DNA of 64,000 nt, taken from assembly GCA_045594425.1 (NCBI GenBank), contig JAZNYK010000007.1:151765-215764 (forward strand). Direction: 5' to 3'. This DNA is from Clostridia bacterium (GTDB taxonomy: Bacteria > Bacillota > Clostridia > Christensenellales > UBA1242). The notes under the pieces were generated by a model. It made no database searches. It was not told the origin of the DNA and was given only the letters and a program-made list of their open reading frames with translations. Each line of letters opens with the position of its first letter. Position 1 is the first letter of the stretch. Both the position numbers and the translations under genes were made by a program. Positions 8,478 to 18,877 of this stretch are shown in pieces.

Positions 8478-9068
8478 TTACATATTATTTGGGTCATTAT
8501 CTGGAAGTTTGATATTAAACCCTTCTGGTGTGAGCAAGAAAATATTGTTCTCAACACGGCGAATATTTCCATTTAAGGCATAAATTGCACCACTTGCACA
8601 GTCTAAAAGCCTTTGTGAATCAATTTCATTCATATTGTTAAGGTTTAAAACAATTGATTCACCTTCCTTTAAATAATTGATAATGGTTTGAACATCCTCA
8701 AATCTGCTTGGATACATAAACTGAACATTCTTTGTTCCATATCCTCCAACATTTGAACTCATGCCATAATTATTCACAGGCGCAGAATAAGAACGTGAAG
8801 TGTTGTATTGGTCTGGATTGTCAGCAAAAGAAGTTGTCGTGCTTTGTGGACGTGTTGGAACATCTTTTTCTTGTCTTAAAGCATACTTTCTTGCGGCTTT
8901 GTCGGCTTTTTCTTGAGCCTTTCTTGCCTTATACTCCTCTTTTTGACGTCTTCTAGCATTTTGTTGTGCTTCTCTTTCTTCACGCTTTTTTTGTTTTTCA
9001 ATCGAATCGTCATAGACTTCTTCATTTTCAAAGCCTACGCCTTTCATTAACCAGTTCATAAATCCCAT
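8478..9068 (-). CDS. sepF: cell division protein SepF
   Basis: C-terminal SepF core (YPSRFEDVQTIINYLKEGESIVLNLNNMNEIDSQRLLDCASGAIYALNGNIRRVENNIFLLTPEG). K/E/R/Q-rich linker. Start taken at MGFMNWLMKG (ATG 9066-9068) with GGAGA upstream. Confidence 0.85.
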   Translation of the reverse strand: MGFMNWLMKGVGFENEEVYDDSIEKQKKREEREAQQNARRRQKEEYKARKAQEKADKAARKYALRQEKDVPTRPQSTTTSFADNPDQYNTSRSYSAPVNNYGMSSNVGGYGTKNVQFMYPSRFEDVQTIINYLKEGESIVLNLNNMNEIDSQRLLDCASGAIYALNGNIRRVENNIFLLTPEGFNIKLPDNDPNNM

Positions 9069-9149
9069 AGTAATGATTCTCCTAACTAGCCTAATAATAG
9101 CATTATTTTGTGCAAAATTCAAATTATTTTTTCATAATTTTGCTCTATT

Positions 9150-9893
9150 CTACAAATTATCAAACAAATCAACTTTGGTTAAAGCAAAATTTACACACAA
9201 ACCACACACTAACGACTGTTTTTTTGTTGATTGATAAAACTCATTAAAAAAATTATCAAAATGAATCAAGAACATATTTGCATAGGTCTTTATATTTTCA
9301 AACAACTCCTCTTTTTGTGGATTTTCAAACTCACTCACAATAGTTTCAAGTTCAAGTTTTTTTGAAATTAATTCAGATATCAACTTTCCTTGCGTTATTT
9401 CACCAGATAAATATTTCATGTTTAACTCTTCAAACTCTTGAATAATCGTTTGCAAATATTTAAAAAATTTATAATAACTCAAGTTATCTTTAATTATATT
9501 TTGAGTTTTTCTTGCAATTGCCTGTGCTTCAAGAGTTAAAACATCTGCATTTTCAAAATTTTCAAGCATTCCATTTTTTATTTCTTTAGCATCATCGCTT
9601 GAATGATAAACATTTGCAATTAGCAAATAATTTTCTTTATGAAAAAAATACACCCCCGCACCACCTAAATTTTTGACCAAATCCTGCTCATCTTTATTTG
9701 TTTCTTTGCGATATTTTTGAACATAAACAAAATAATATGAGGTCTTGTCAAAACACTTATTTTTCTTTCTGCTTACACCCAAACACACTAAAATTGACAC
9801 AGTTAGCACAAAAAATAAAATTCCTGCAATTGCTGAATTTATTTGAATCCATGAGCGTTTTTTCGTTTTTTTATATGGCACATAATATTGCAT
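9150..9893 (-). CDS. hypothetical membrane-anchored protein
   Basis: Single TM (AIAGILFFVLTVSILVCLGV). Start taken at ATG 9891-9893 (MQYYVPYKK), 6 nt after GGAGAG. Confidence 0.65.
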   Translation of the reverse strand: MQYYVPYKKTKKRSWIQINSAIAGILFFVLTVSILVCLGVSRKKNKCFDKTSYYFVYVQKYRKETNKDEQDLVKNLGGAGVYFFHKENYLLIANVYHSSDDAKEIKNGMLENFENADVLTLEAQAIARKTQNIIKDNLSYYKFFKYLQTIIQEFEELNMKYLSGEITQGKLISELISKKLELETIVSEFENPQKEELFENIKTYANMFLIHFDNFFNEFYQSTKKQSLVCGLCVNFALTKVDLFDNL

Positions 9894-10048
9894 TTTTAAC
9901 TCTCCACATTTTATCATTAAACTATACGCTTAATTATTTTTAAACTATATGCCGATTCTATTTTAAAATTAACCAACGCAACAAAACCATAGTTATAAAC
10001 GTTTAAAAAATACATATAATTAAGTGAAAATAATTTAAGGAGAACCAA

Positions 10049-11934
<1,886 letters not shown>

Positions 11935-11936
<2 letters not shown>

Positions 11937-11963
11937 AAAAAGCCCTTTATCAGGGCTTTTTTG
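11935..11963. terminator. bidirectional intrinsic terminator after groEL
   Basis: A-run, AGCCCT (11941-11946), loop TTATC, AGGGCT (11952-11957), T-run. Confidence 0.8.
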
Positions 11964-12962
11964 TTATTTTGTTTCTTTAACTATATTTTGAATAGACAAA
12001 AATCTTTTATCGAATGTTGGTTTTTTCTTAATAGGGTCAATTGTTCTATGTTCAACTGTTTTTGATTTTGGTTTCATTACTGGAGTTCTTATAAAACCAG
12101 ACTCCAAAAGTTCGATTTTTGATTGTTTTTGAGCATTTTCAAGTTCTTTATGCTGTGCACTTTCACCATATTTTACAGTTTCTTCATCATCTTTTTCGGT
12201 CATAAGGTCTGCCATGATGTCTTTGAGTGAAATATTTGGATTTAGTGCTTCATTAAAGTCAAACAAACTATCATCCGTTTGAGGAATCGCAGAAACAGCC
12301 GTTTTTTCAGTTGGCGCAGTATAAAATAACTTGTTAATTTTGTTTTCAACTTTAACGTTTTCATCAACAGTCTTTTCAACCTTTTTGCCAAGTCCAATAT
12401 CTGCAACAATGCTTTGTTCACTCTTTTTAGGTCTACCAGGTTTTCTGTTTACACTAGAACCAATCTTTTGAGCAAATTCTTGTTTTAATCTATCAAACCT
12501 AGAGTTAGGGTCAGTTGACACATTTTCATCTTTTATTGGTTTGTTTGAAATAAATGCTCTATCCTTTTTTGTAATCATTGCATTTGCTTCGATTTTGTTG
12601 CAAACCTCATACAAACTCTCTTCAAAAAGAGTTAATGTGTCGTTATAAGCAATCAAATCATCACGAAGAACACTGCTTCTAACTTTTTCAAACTTTTCTT
12701 CAAATTGGTCTTTATTTATGTTTATACTTTTGCAAATTTTTAAAATATCTTCAAGCAAAACTTCTTTTAAATACTTTATTTTTCTTTCATAAAGAACTAA
12801 CGCACGAGCAGTTGCCTTTTCACGCTCTTTATACTCTGCAATAATCTTTTTGTCACGAAGTTTTTCTTTTTCAAGTTTTGCAAGTCTGTCACTAGCATCA
12901 ACTGCAGACAACTCTTTTTTCATGATATCTTCAACTGTGTCTTTCTTTACTTTTTTATTCAT
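11964..12962 (-). CDS. hypothetical K/E-rich protein
   Basis: About 332 aa. Start taken at ATG 12960-12962 (MNKKVKKD), 6 nt after AAAGGTG; it overlaps the lgt stop. Charged, helical N-terminal half. Confidence 0.65.
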   Translation of the reverse strand: MNKKVKKDTVEDIMKKELSAVDASDRLAKLEKEKLRDKKIIAEYKEREKATARALVLYERKIKYLKEVLLEDILKICKSININKDQFEEKFEKVRSSVLRDDLIAYNDTLTLFEESLYEVCNKIEANAMITKKDRAFISNKPIKDENVSTDPNSRFDRLKQEFAQKIGSSVNRKPGRPKKSEQSIVADIGLGKKVEKTVDENVKVENKINKLFYTAPTEKTAVSAIPQTDDSLFDFNEALNPNISLKDIMADLMTEKDDEETVKYGESAQHKELENAQKQSKIELLESGFIRTPVMKPKSKTVEHRTIDPIKKKPTFDKRFLSIQNIVKETK

Positions 12963-13746
12963 TGTTTGCACCTTTACGTTTTTTGTGTTTTATGTTTAAT
13001 ACAATCAAAATAACAACACCCACAGCAATCATTGCAATGCTGCAGATTTTTGAAATTGGAAGTCCAGCAACTTCTAAAATAAACTCTGGTTGCCTTAATG
13101 ATTCAAGACAAGTTCTAACAATTCCATAATAAACAAGATATGTTCCTGTTGTGAAACCATTGTTTTTTGATATCATGAAAACAATGTAAAGAACAGCAAA
13201 ACCTATCAAATTTAAAACAAATTCATAAAAGAACAATGCTTGATAAAGCACCCCATTAACTCTTACAACAAATGGAAAAAATGCATATGCAGAATTTGGG
13301 TCAACAACTTGACCATATACTTCACCGTTGAAATAATTTCCCCATCTGCCAATTGCTTGGGCTAAAATCAAAACAACAACAAGCACATCAAAATATCTAA
13401 AAATGTTTTTCTCTTTTCTAATCAAACAAAATGCAAGAAGACCAAGTCCACCACCAACAACAGCACCAATAATGCTCATTCCACCTGTTCTAAAATTAAA
13501 AAAGTCTGACAAATCAAGTGACGCATCAAATAAAACAGAAAATAATCTTGCTGTTAAAATACCCGTTGGCAAAATAACAAGTGCAATATTTAATGGCATA
13601 TCGGTGTTATAGCCTTTCTTTTTACAAAAAAGTGTTGCAACCAACACAGCAACAACAATTGCTGCACAAATAATAAGACCATACCAATAAATATCATAAC
13701 CTTTGATAGAAAACGCTACTCTATCAACTTCTAAAAATTTATCCAT
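12955..13746 (-). CDS. lgt: prolipoprotein diacylglyceryl transferase
   Basis: 263 aa polytopic protein. Motifs YGLIICAAIV and GRWGNYFNGEVYG are typical of Lgt. Confidence 0.9.
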   Translation of the reverse strand: MDKFLEVDRVAFSIKGYDIYWYGLIICAAIVVAVLVATLFCKKKGYNTDMPLNIALVILPTGILTARLFSVLFDASLDLSDFFNFRTGGMSIIGAVVGGGLGLLAFCLIRKEKNIFRYFDVLVVVLILAQAIGRWGNYFNGEVYGQVVDPNSAYAFFPFVVRVNGVLYQALFFYEFVLNLIGFAVLYIVFMISKNNGFTTGTYLVYYGIVRTCLESLRQPEFILEVAGLPISKICSIAMIAVGVVILIVLNIKHKKRKGANNE

Positions 13747-13752
13747 ATAATT

Positions 13753-13781
13753 ATTATATTGCCAGTCAAAAATATTGTCAA
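13753..13781 (-). promoter_or_regulatory. consensus promoter placed for a leaderless lgt mRNA
   Basis: Minus strand TTGACA (13776-13781), 17-nt spacer, TATAAT (13753-13758), then only 6 nt (AATTAT) before the lgt ATG at 13746. No SD. Confidence 0.65.
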
Positions 13782-13800
13782 GAATCTTAAATTAAACATA

Positions 13801-13837
13801 AAAAAAACCTATGGGATTCCCCATAGGCTTTTGTTTT
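13801..13837 (-). terminator. intrinsic terminator after the coiled-coil protein gene
   Basis: CCTATGGG (13808-13815), loop ATTC, CCCATAGG (13820-13827). T-run on the minus strand (complement of 13801-13807). Confidence 0.8.
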
Positions 13838-13842
13838 AGTTA

Positions 13843-16416
13843 TTAGCCACCATAAGATGGATGGTCGTTTTCATTGCCGCTTGTGTTTTCTGAGTAGTTA
13901 AGTCCAAGCATAAATGCAATGTATTCACGAATTTCAGCATCTGTCATTGTTCCTGAAGATGTGTATGTTAATGCTGCATAGAGGTCATCTAAGAATTTTC
14001 CGTTTGCAGCACCTTCTTGAATTGCTTGTGCAAGTGCTGATTCTGAAACAGCAAGGTCTGAAAGTGCTTTTGCAAGAGAACCTTCAAGTTCAGTAATTTT
14101 TGCTTTAAGAGCATCAACTTCTGATTGAGGAACCATTCCTTGAGATGCTTGAACAAGAGCATCATATTTAGCCTTCAAATCATTGTATTGTGATTGGAGT
14201 GCTGCAAAATCTGCTTTTGCTTGGTCAAGTTGAGTCATGTAACTTGCAACTTGGTTAGCAAGTTGAGTGTTCTTGTTTTTCAAATCTTCAACTTGTGCTT
14301 TAAGACTTGCTGAGTCTGTTGTAAGTGAATTAACTTGTGATTGAAGTGCCGCAACATCTTGTTTAAGTTGAGCATTTTCTGCTTTCAAGTCTGCATTTTC
14401 TTGTTTAAGACCAGCGTTTTCACTTTGAAGTGCAGTAACTTGTGATTTTGCTGCAGCAAGTTCATCCTTAACTGACTTAAGTTGTGCTTGCAAATCTTTA
14501 ATAACTGCATCATTACCTGAACCGTTTGCGAGCAATGCTTCAAGTTCAGCAATTCTTGCTTCTTTGTCAGCAATTGTTGCTTGCAAACCTGCAATTGTTG
14601 CAGCGTCTTTCTTTTGTTGTTCTGTTAATTTACTGATTTGTCCGTTAAGATTGTTAACTTCAATTGAAAGTGCATTAATTTGTCCGTTTGCTTTTGAAAG
14701 ATTGAATTCTGCGTTAGCCAAAGCAGTCATTGCAGGTGTTGAAGCATAGCCATATGAAGCAACGTCATTTGCAGCATATACACCAGTAATTTTCTTAGCC
14801 ATATCGTCAAATTCTGCTTGTGTGATTGTTCCATCTGCTTTTGCTTTTTCTAAATCTTTCAAGAATTGCATATAGTCATTGCCTTCTTGGAAACCATAGT
14901 CTGCTCTAGCCTTTTGTTCTGCATAATCTGCAGGTGCACCACCTTGGTTTACTGCCAAGTTCAAGATTTCTTGCATAGATGCTTTCAAACCAGCATCTGA
15001 TTCAGCATTTACAATTGTTTGTAATTCAGAAAGTTCAGTTCCTGTTAAACCATCTGGTGTTCTTGCTTTATATTCATTCATGAATGAAGCAAATCTTGCT
15101 TGTTTTGCAGCATCTGCAAGGATATCAGCATAGTTGCTTGGTTTTAAATCTGCATCAGTGTGTGATTCACGAGCCTTAGCCGCCTCAATCATTGTGTCCA
15201 TAATTGATGTTGAACTGTATTGTCCGCTAACGTCAGTTTTTACATAACCATCACGAGCAGCAATAAGTTGTGCAAGTTCTGCAGCATCAACTCTTCCGTC
15301 AGCAATAAGTTTTCCATATGTTTTATGGAAAGCATCAAGTTCACCAAGTTCTCTTGAATAAGCAGCGTTTGCAGCCAAAAGTTCTGGGTCACTACTATCA
15401 GCCTTATCGAAATATAAGCCAAATGTGGTAGCAAACAAAATTGCTGCTGCTGCACCACCAGCGATAAGTCCAACTGTCAATTTTTTGTTGATGTGGCTTA
15501 ACATTTTATTTTGAGCAGCGTGTTCTCTTTTTCTTGCTCTGCCATTTGTGATGATTGCACCCATAACAGTGTCAAGTCTAGCATCCATTTTGCCTTCCAT
15601 GCTTTTAATTGCTTCAAGTGCTTTTGTTGAACTAGCACCAAGAGCAGCAATAATTGCAACTTGAGCAGCAGTAATCTTTGCACCAGTGTCGCCTGATTCT
15701 TGAAGTTTCTTTTTAAGTTCTGCATTCAACTTTTCAAGACGAAGATTCTTTGCTTTTTCTCTAGAAACTGCTGTGTCAGCATACATATATTTCAAAACAA
15801 CATCTGTATAAGATTCTTGTTTATTTCTACCAACTGCAAATGGAAGTCCTCTAACAATTGCGAGTGCTGATGGGTCACTGTTAACAGCATAAGTAACATC
15901 AGAAATGGTTTGAGCATCCATGTATGTTTCTAAATAGTCTTTAATTCTATCATCATATGGATTTTCTTTAATATCTTCATAAGTTGATATTTGCTTTCTA
16001 GTTGCTTTGCCTTTGTTTTTCATATGTCTAGCATAATCAGCCTCTTTTTCCTTGAAATAGTTATCCCAAGTTCTCATAGACTCCTTTTTGCCTGAGCCTG
16101 CATTGCGAACAACAATAGCATTTTCCAAACTATCAACGAATGATTCATAAGCATACAAAACACCAACATCTCTAGGAAGTGTTGCTGCACCTTTCAAATG
16201 TTCATTGCCTCTCATAACTTCTCTAACATGACTGTCAGCAAGAAGTTTCTTTGCTCTGAAGTAAATTGTCATTACGTCAATTGCTTCTTTTGATGTGATT
16301 TGTTTTGGAGCATCACCCTTGCCTTCCAAAAGTTCAAGAATTTCTCCATGAGAAAATCCCAACAATTTCAATTGGTCATATGCATTTTGAAGTCTTGTTA
16401 ATTCATCTTTTTTCAT
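13843..16416 (-). CDS. large single-pass membrane protein with a long Ala/Gln-rich coiled coil
   Basis: About 857 aa. Start taken at ATG 16414-16416, 9 nt after GGGAG; the ORF-track start at 16425 is a TTG with no spacer. TM LTVGLIAGGAAAAILFATTFGLYF at nt 15412-15477. Heptad-rich region at nt 14011-14712 (ALQSENAGLKQENADLKAENAQLKQDVAALQSQVNSL). No N-terminal signal peptide. Confidence 0.8.
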   Translation of the reverse strand: MKKDELTRLQNAYDQLKLLGFSHGEILELLEGKGDAPKQITSKEAIDVMTIYFRAKKLLADSHVREVMRGNEHLKGAATLPRDVGVLYAYESFVDSLENAIVVRNAGSGKKESMRTWDNYFKEKEADYARHMKNKGKATRKQISTYEDIKENPYDDRIKDYLETYMDAQTISDVTYAVNSDPSALAIVRGLPFAVGRNKQESYTDVVLKYMYADTAVSREKAKNLRLEKLNAELKKKLQESGDTGAKITAAQVAIIAALGASSTKALEAIKSMEGKMDARLDTVMGAIITNGRARKREHAAQNKMLSHINKKLTVGLIAGGAAAAILFATTFGLYFDKADSSDPELLAANAAYSRELGELDAFHKTYGKLIADGRVDAAELAQLIAARDGYVKTDVSGQYSSTSIMDTMIEAAKARESHTDADLKPSNYADILADAAKQARFASFMNEYKARTPDGLTGTELSELQTIVNAESDAGLKASMQEILNLAVNQGGAPADYAEQKARADYGFQEGNDYMQFLKDLEKAKADGTITQAEFDDMAKKITGVYAANDVASYGYASTPAMTALANAEFNLSKANGQINALSIEVNNLNGQISKLTEQQKKDAATIAGLQATIADKEARIAELEALLANGSGNDAVIKDLQAQLKSVKDELAAAKSQVTALQSENAGLKQENADLKAENAQLKQDVAALQSQVNSLTTDSASLKAQVEDLKNKNTQLANQVASYMTQLDQAKADFAALQSQYNDLKAKYDALVQASQGMVPQSEVDALKAKITELEGSLAKALSDLAVSESALAQAIQEGAANGKFLDDLYAALTYTSSGTMTDAEIREYIAFMLGLNYSENTSGNENDHPSYGG

Positions 16417-16459
16417 TTTATACAACTCCCTTTAATATAGATTTCGAGTCAACATAAAA

Positions 16460-16488
16460 ATTTTAGCACGAGTAATCTCAAAAATCAA
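16460..16488 (-). promoter_or_regulatory. candidate promoter of the coiled-coil protein gene
   Basis: Minus strand TTGATT (16483-16488), 17-nt spacer, TAAAAT (16460-16465). Confidence 0.5.
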
Positions 16489-16651
16489 TACCCATAATAA
16501 AATTTATGCAAATGCTCGTAAAAAATTTCTACCCTGCCACAAACTTAATTGTTGACACAACCATATTTCTATGGTTGCAGGTATAATACCATTTTTTGCA
16601 TAAAAAGTCAATACCTATTTCAAAAAAAATGTAATAAAATTATAACTTATT

Positions 16652-17293
16652 TTAATCAAAATCTTCAATATCTTCTATATCTAAACTTTTTAAAACTTCA
16701 TTTATTGCTTTTTTTACATTTTCAAATGAAAAACCTTTTCTAATAAGTGACGCATACATCTTTTGCACGGCATTCTCCTTTGAAAGGTCTTTTGATTTTG
16801 CATATTTTTCAGCAAGTTTCTTGCAAAGAGCAAACTCATCGCCGTCATCACGAATTTCAGTGGTTTTGCTAACGATTTCGCTTGTCACACCCTTTTGCTT
16901 TAGTTTGTTTTCAATCATACGCTTTGAATAGTTTGAGTTTTGCATCAAAAATTGTTTAGCAAAAAGACTATCATCAACATAATGATATTCCTCAAGTTTT
17001 TCAATGGCTCTTGAAATAACATCTTTTTCATAGCCTTTCTTTAATAGTTTATCAAAAAGTTCTTTTTTTGTGTGCATTCTTATGCCTAAATATTCAGACG
17101 CTTTATCAAAAGCCATTTTAACTTCACTTTCAAAAATGGCTTCCGTTAATTTGTTTTCATCAACGGTGTTACCCACTTTTAGTCTAAAAACAACTGCTGT
17201 CTCTTTGCAAAGCCCACAAAAAAAAGCATCATCAACAAAAATGTTGACACGCTTTTTGTTTTTTTGTTCTTCAATTTTTGTTATAACTGCCAC
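16652..17293 (-). CDS. recX: recombination regulator RecX
   Basis: Three-repeat helical RecX pattern (ASEYLGIRMHTKKELFDKLLKKGYEKDVISRAIEKLEEYHYVDDSLFAKQF). Start taken at GTG 17291-17293, 7 nt after GGAG. The alternative ATG at 17308 lacks an SD. Confidence 0.8.
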   Translation of the reverse strand: MAVITKIEEQKNKKRVNIFVDDAFFCGLCKETAVVFRLKVGNTVDENKLTEAIFESEVKMAFDKASEYLGIRMHTKKELFDKLLKKGYEKDVISRAIEKLEEYHYVDDSLFAKQFLMQNSNYSKRMIENKLKQKGVTSEIVSKTTEIRDDGDEFALCKKLAEKYAKSKDLSKENAVQKMYASLIRKGFSFENVKKAINEVLKSLDIEDIEDFD

Positions 17294-17294
17294 A

Positions 17295-18008
17295 TTAAAT
17301 CTCCGCATCAGAGTTTTTGTATGGGAACTTATAGAAACCTGTTCCATACTTGTTTATTGCACCAGCACCACGAGTTTTTGCTCTTATGCTTGCAATAAGT
17401 TTTTCAGACGCTTTCACAGGAACCGCTATCTTCATAACTGGCATTGATTCGTCATTCTTTTGTTCAATGATATAAACACTATCTTCTGTAAAAAGTTTGC
17501 TTACTGCACCATAGTTTTGATATGACACTTTAATTTCAACTTCGTTACAGAACACCATCTTAAATTTCTTTGCTTCAGTGAGCGCACCTGCTGCAACTGC
17601 ATTATAAACACGAGTAAGCCTGCTCTTTCCAAGTTCAACACCACCAAAATAACGAACAACCGCAACAAGAGTGTTTGTTACGTGCATTTTTTTGATTGCT
17701 TCAAAAATTGGTGCACCTGCAGAGCCTGCTGGTTCGCCGTCATCATTGTTTTTTGCAACGTTATATGTTTCACCAAGCACATAAGCATAGCACACGTGTT
17801 TTGCATTTTTATTGCTCTTTTTTAAGTTTCCGATAATTTGATGAACATCATCATCAGATTCAACATGAAAAGCCATGGCGATAAATCTTGATTTTTTCAT
17901 CACCATTTCAACAACAGACATTTCTTCAACCGATATATAGTCATTTTTTATCTCTTGCTTTTCTTTTCCTTCTTCTTCATAAATCGTGTCAACGTTTACA
18001 TAACCCAT
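17295..18008 (-). CDS. IMPACT/YigZ family protein (UPF0029)
   Basis: SRFIAMAFHVES...HVCYAYVLG...DDGEPAGSAGAPIFEAI is the IMPACT N-domain signature. 237 aa. SD GGAGAG. Confidence 0.85.
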   Translation of the reverse strand: MGYVNVDTIYEEEGKEKQEIKNDYISVEEMSVVEMVMKKSRFIAMAFHVESDDDVHQIIGNLKKSNKNAKHVCYAYVLGETYNVAKNNDDGEPAGSAGAPIFEAIKKMHVTNTLVAVVRYFGGVELGKSRLTRVYNAVAAGALTEAKKFKMVFCNEVEIKVSYQNYGAVSKLFTEDSVYIIEQKNDESMPVMKIAVPVKASEKLIASIRAKTRGAGAINKYGTGFYKFPYKNSDAEI

Positions 18009-18181
18009 TAGATGCTCTCCAATTTAACATGATACTAATTTTACACATCAAATATAACACAAAATTTTTAAAATTCAAAACATATATGGTGATTTTGCCC
18101 AAATTAAATTCTTGCGTTTTGATTTTGCAGTGTGATATACTTTCTTTGTGCTTATTAAAAGCAAATTTTATGAGGTGAATT

Positions 18182-18874
18182 ATGAATATTTCAAAACACG
18201 TAGAAAATATGTGCCCCGTAGCAAAGGGTGCAAATCACAAATCCGCCCCAATTCCAGAAGAGGGTCAATGGATTACAGCGAAAGAAATCAAAGATATTTC
18301 TGGTCTTACCCATGGTGTGGGAAGATGTGCTCCACAACAAGGTGCTTGCAAACTCACTCTCAATGTTAAAAATGGTATCATTGAAGAAGCGCTTGTTGAA
18401 ACAATTGGATGCTCTGGCATGACACACTCTGCAGCAATGGCTTCAGAAATCTTGCCAGGAAAAACTATCCTTGAAGCACTCAATACCGACCTTGTTTGTG
18501 ACGCTATCAACGTTGCAATGCGTGAACTTTTCCTTCAAATTGTTTACGGAAGAACACAATCAGCATTCTCTGATGATGGTCTTGAAATCGGTGCTGGCAT
18601 GGATGACCTTGGAAAAGGCCTTTGCTCACAAGTTGGAACAAGTTATTCAACAAGACTTAAAGGTTCTAGATACCTTCAAATGGCTGAAGGATACATCACA
18701 AAACTCGCTCTTGATAAAAACAATGAAATCATTGGTTACGAATTTGTTAACATGGGCAAAATGATGGAAGCAATCAAAAACGGCGTTGATGCTAATGAAG
18801 CCCTTAAAGCAAACCTTAAAACATATGGAAGATATGCTGAAGCCGTTAAGTATATCGACCCAAGAAAGGAGTAA
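18182..18874 (+). CDS. NifU/IscU-like domain protein with a C-terminal extension
   Basis: 230 aa. Cys pattern GRCAPQQGACK, IGCSGMTHSAAMASE, LVCDAIN resembles the IscU scaffold N-domain. SD GAGGTG. The stop lies 3 nt before the next gene. Confidence 0.7.
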   Translation: MNISKHVENMCPVAKGANHKSAPIPEEGQWITAKEIKDISGLTHGVGRCAPQQGACKLTLNVKNGIIEEALVETIGCSGMTHSAAMASEILPGKTILEALNTDLVCDAINVAMRELFLQIVYGRTQSAFSDDGLEIGAGMDDLGKGLCSQVGTSYSTRLKGSRYLQMAEGYITKLALDKNNEIIGYEFVNMGKMMEAIKNGVDANEALKANLKTYGRYAEAVKYIDPRKE

Positions 18875-18877
18875 GTT

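Noticed and set aside
13843-16416. Apparent higher GC of the coiled-coil gene as evidence of horizontal transfer
   Set aside because: The shift is explained by its Ala/Gln-rich amino-acid composition (GCN/CAR codons). Its promoter, SD and terminator look native, and there are no flanking mobility genes.
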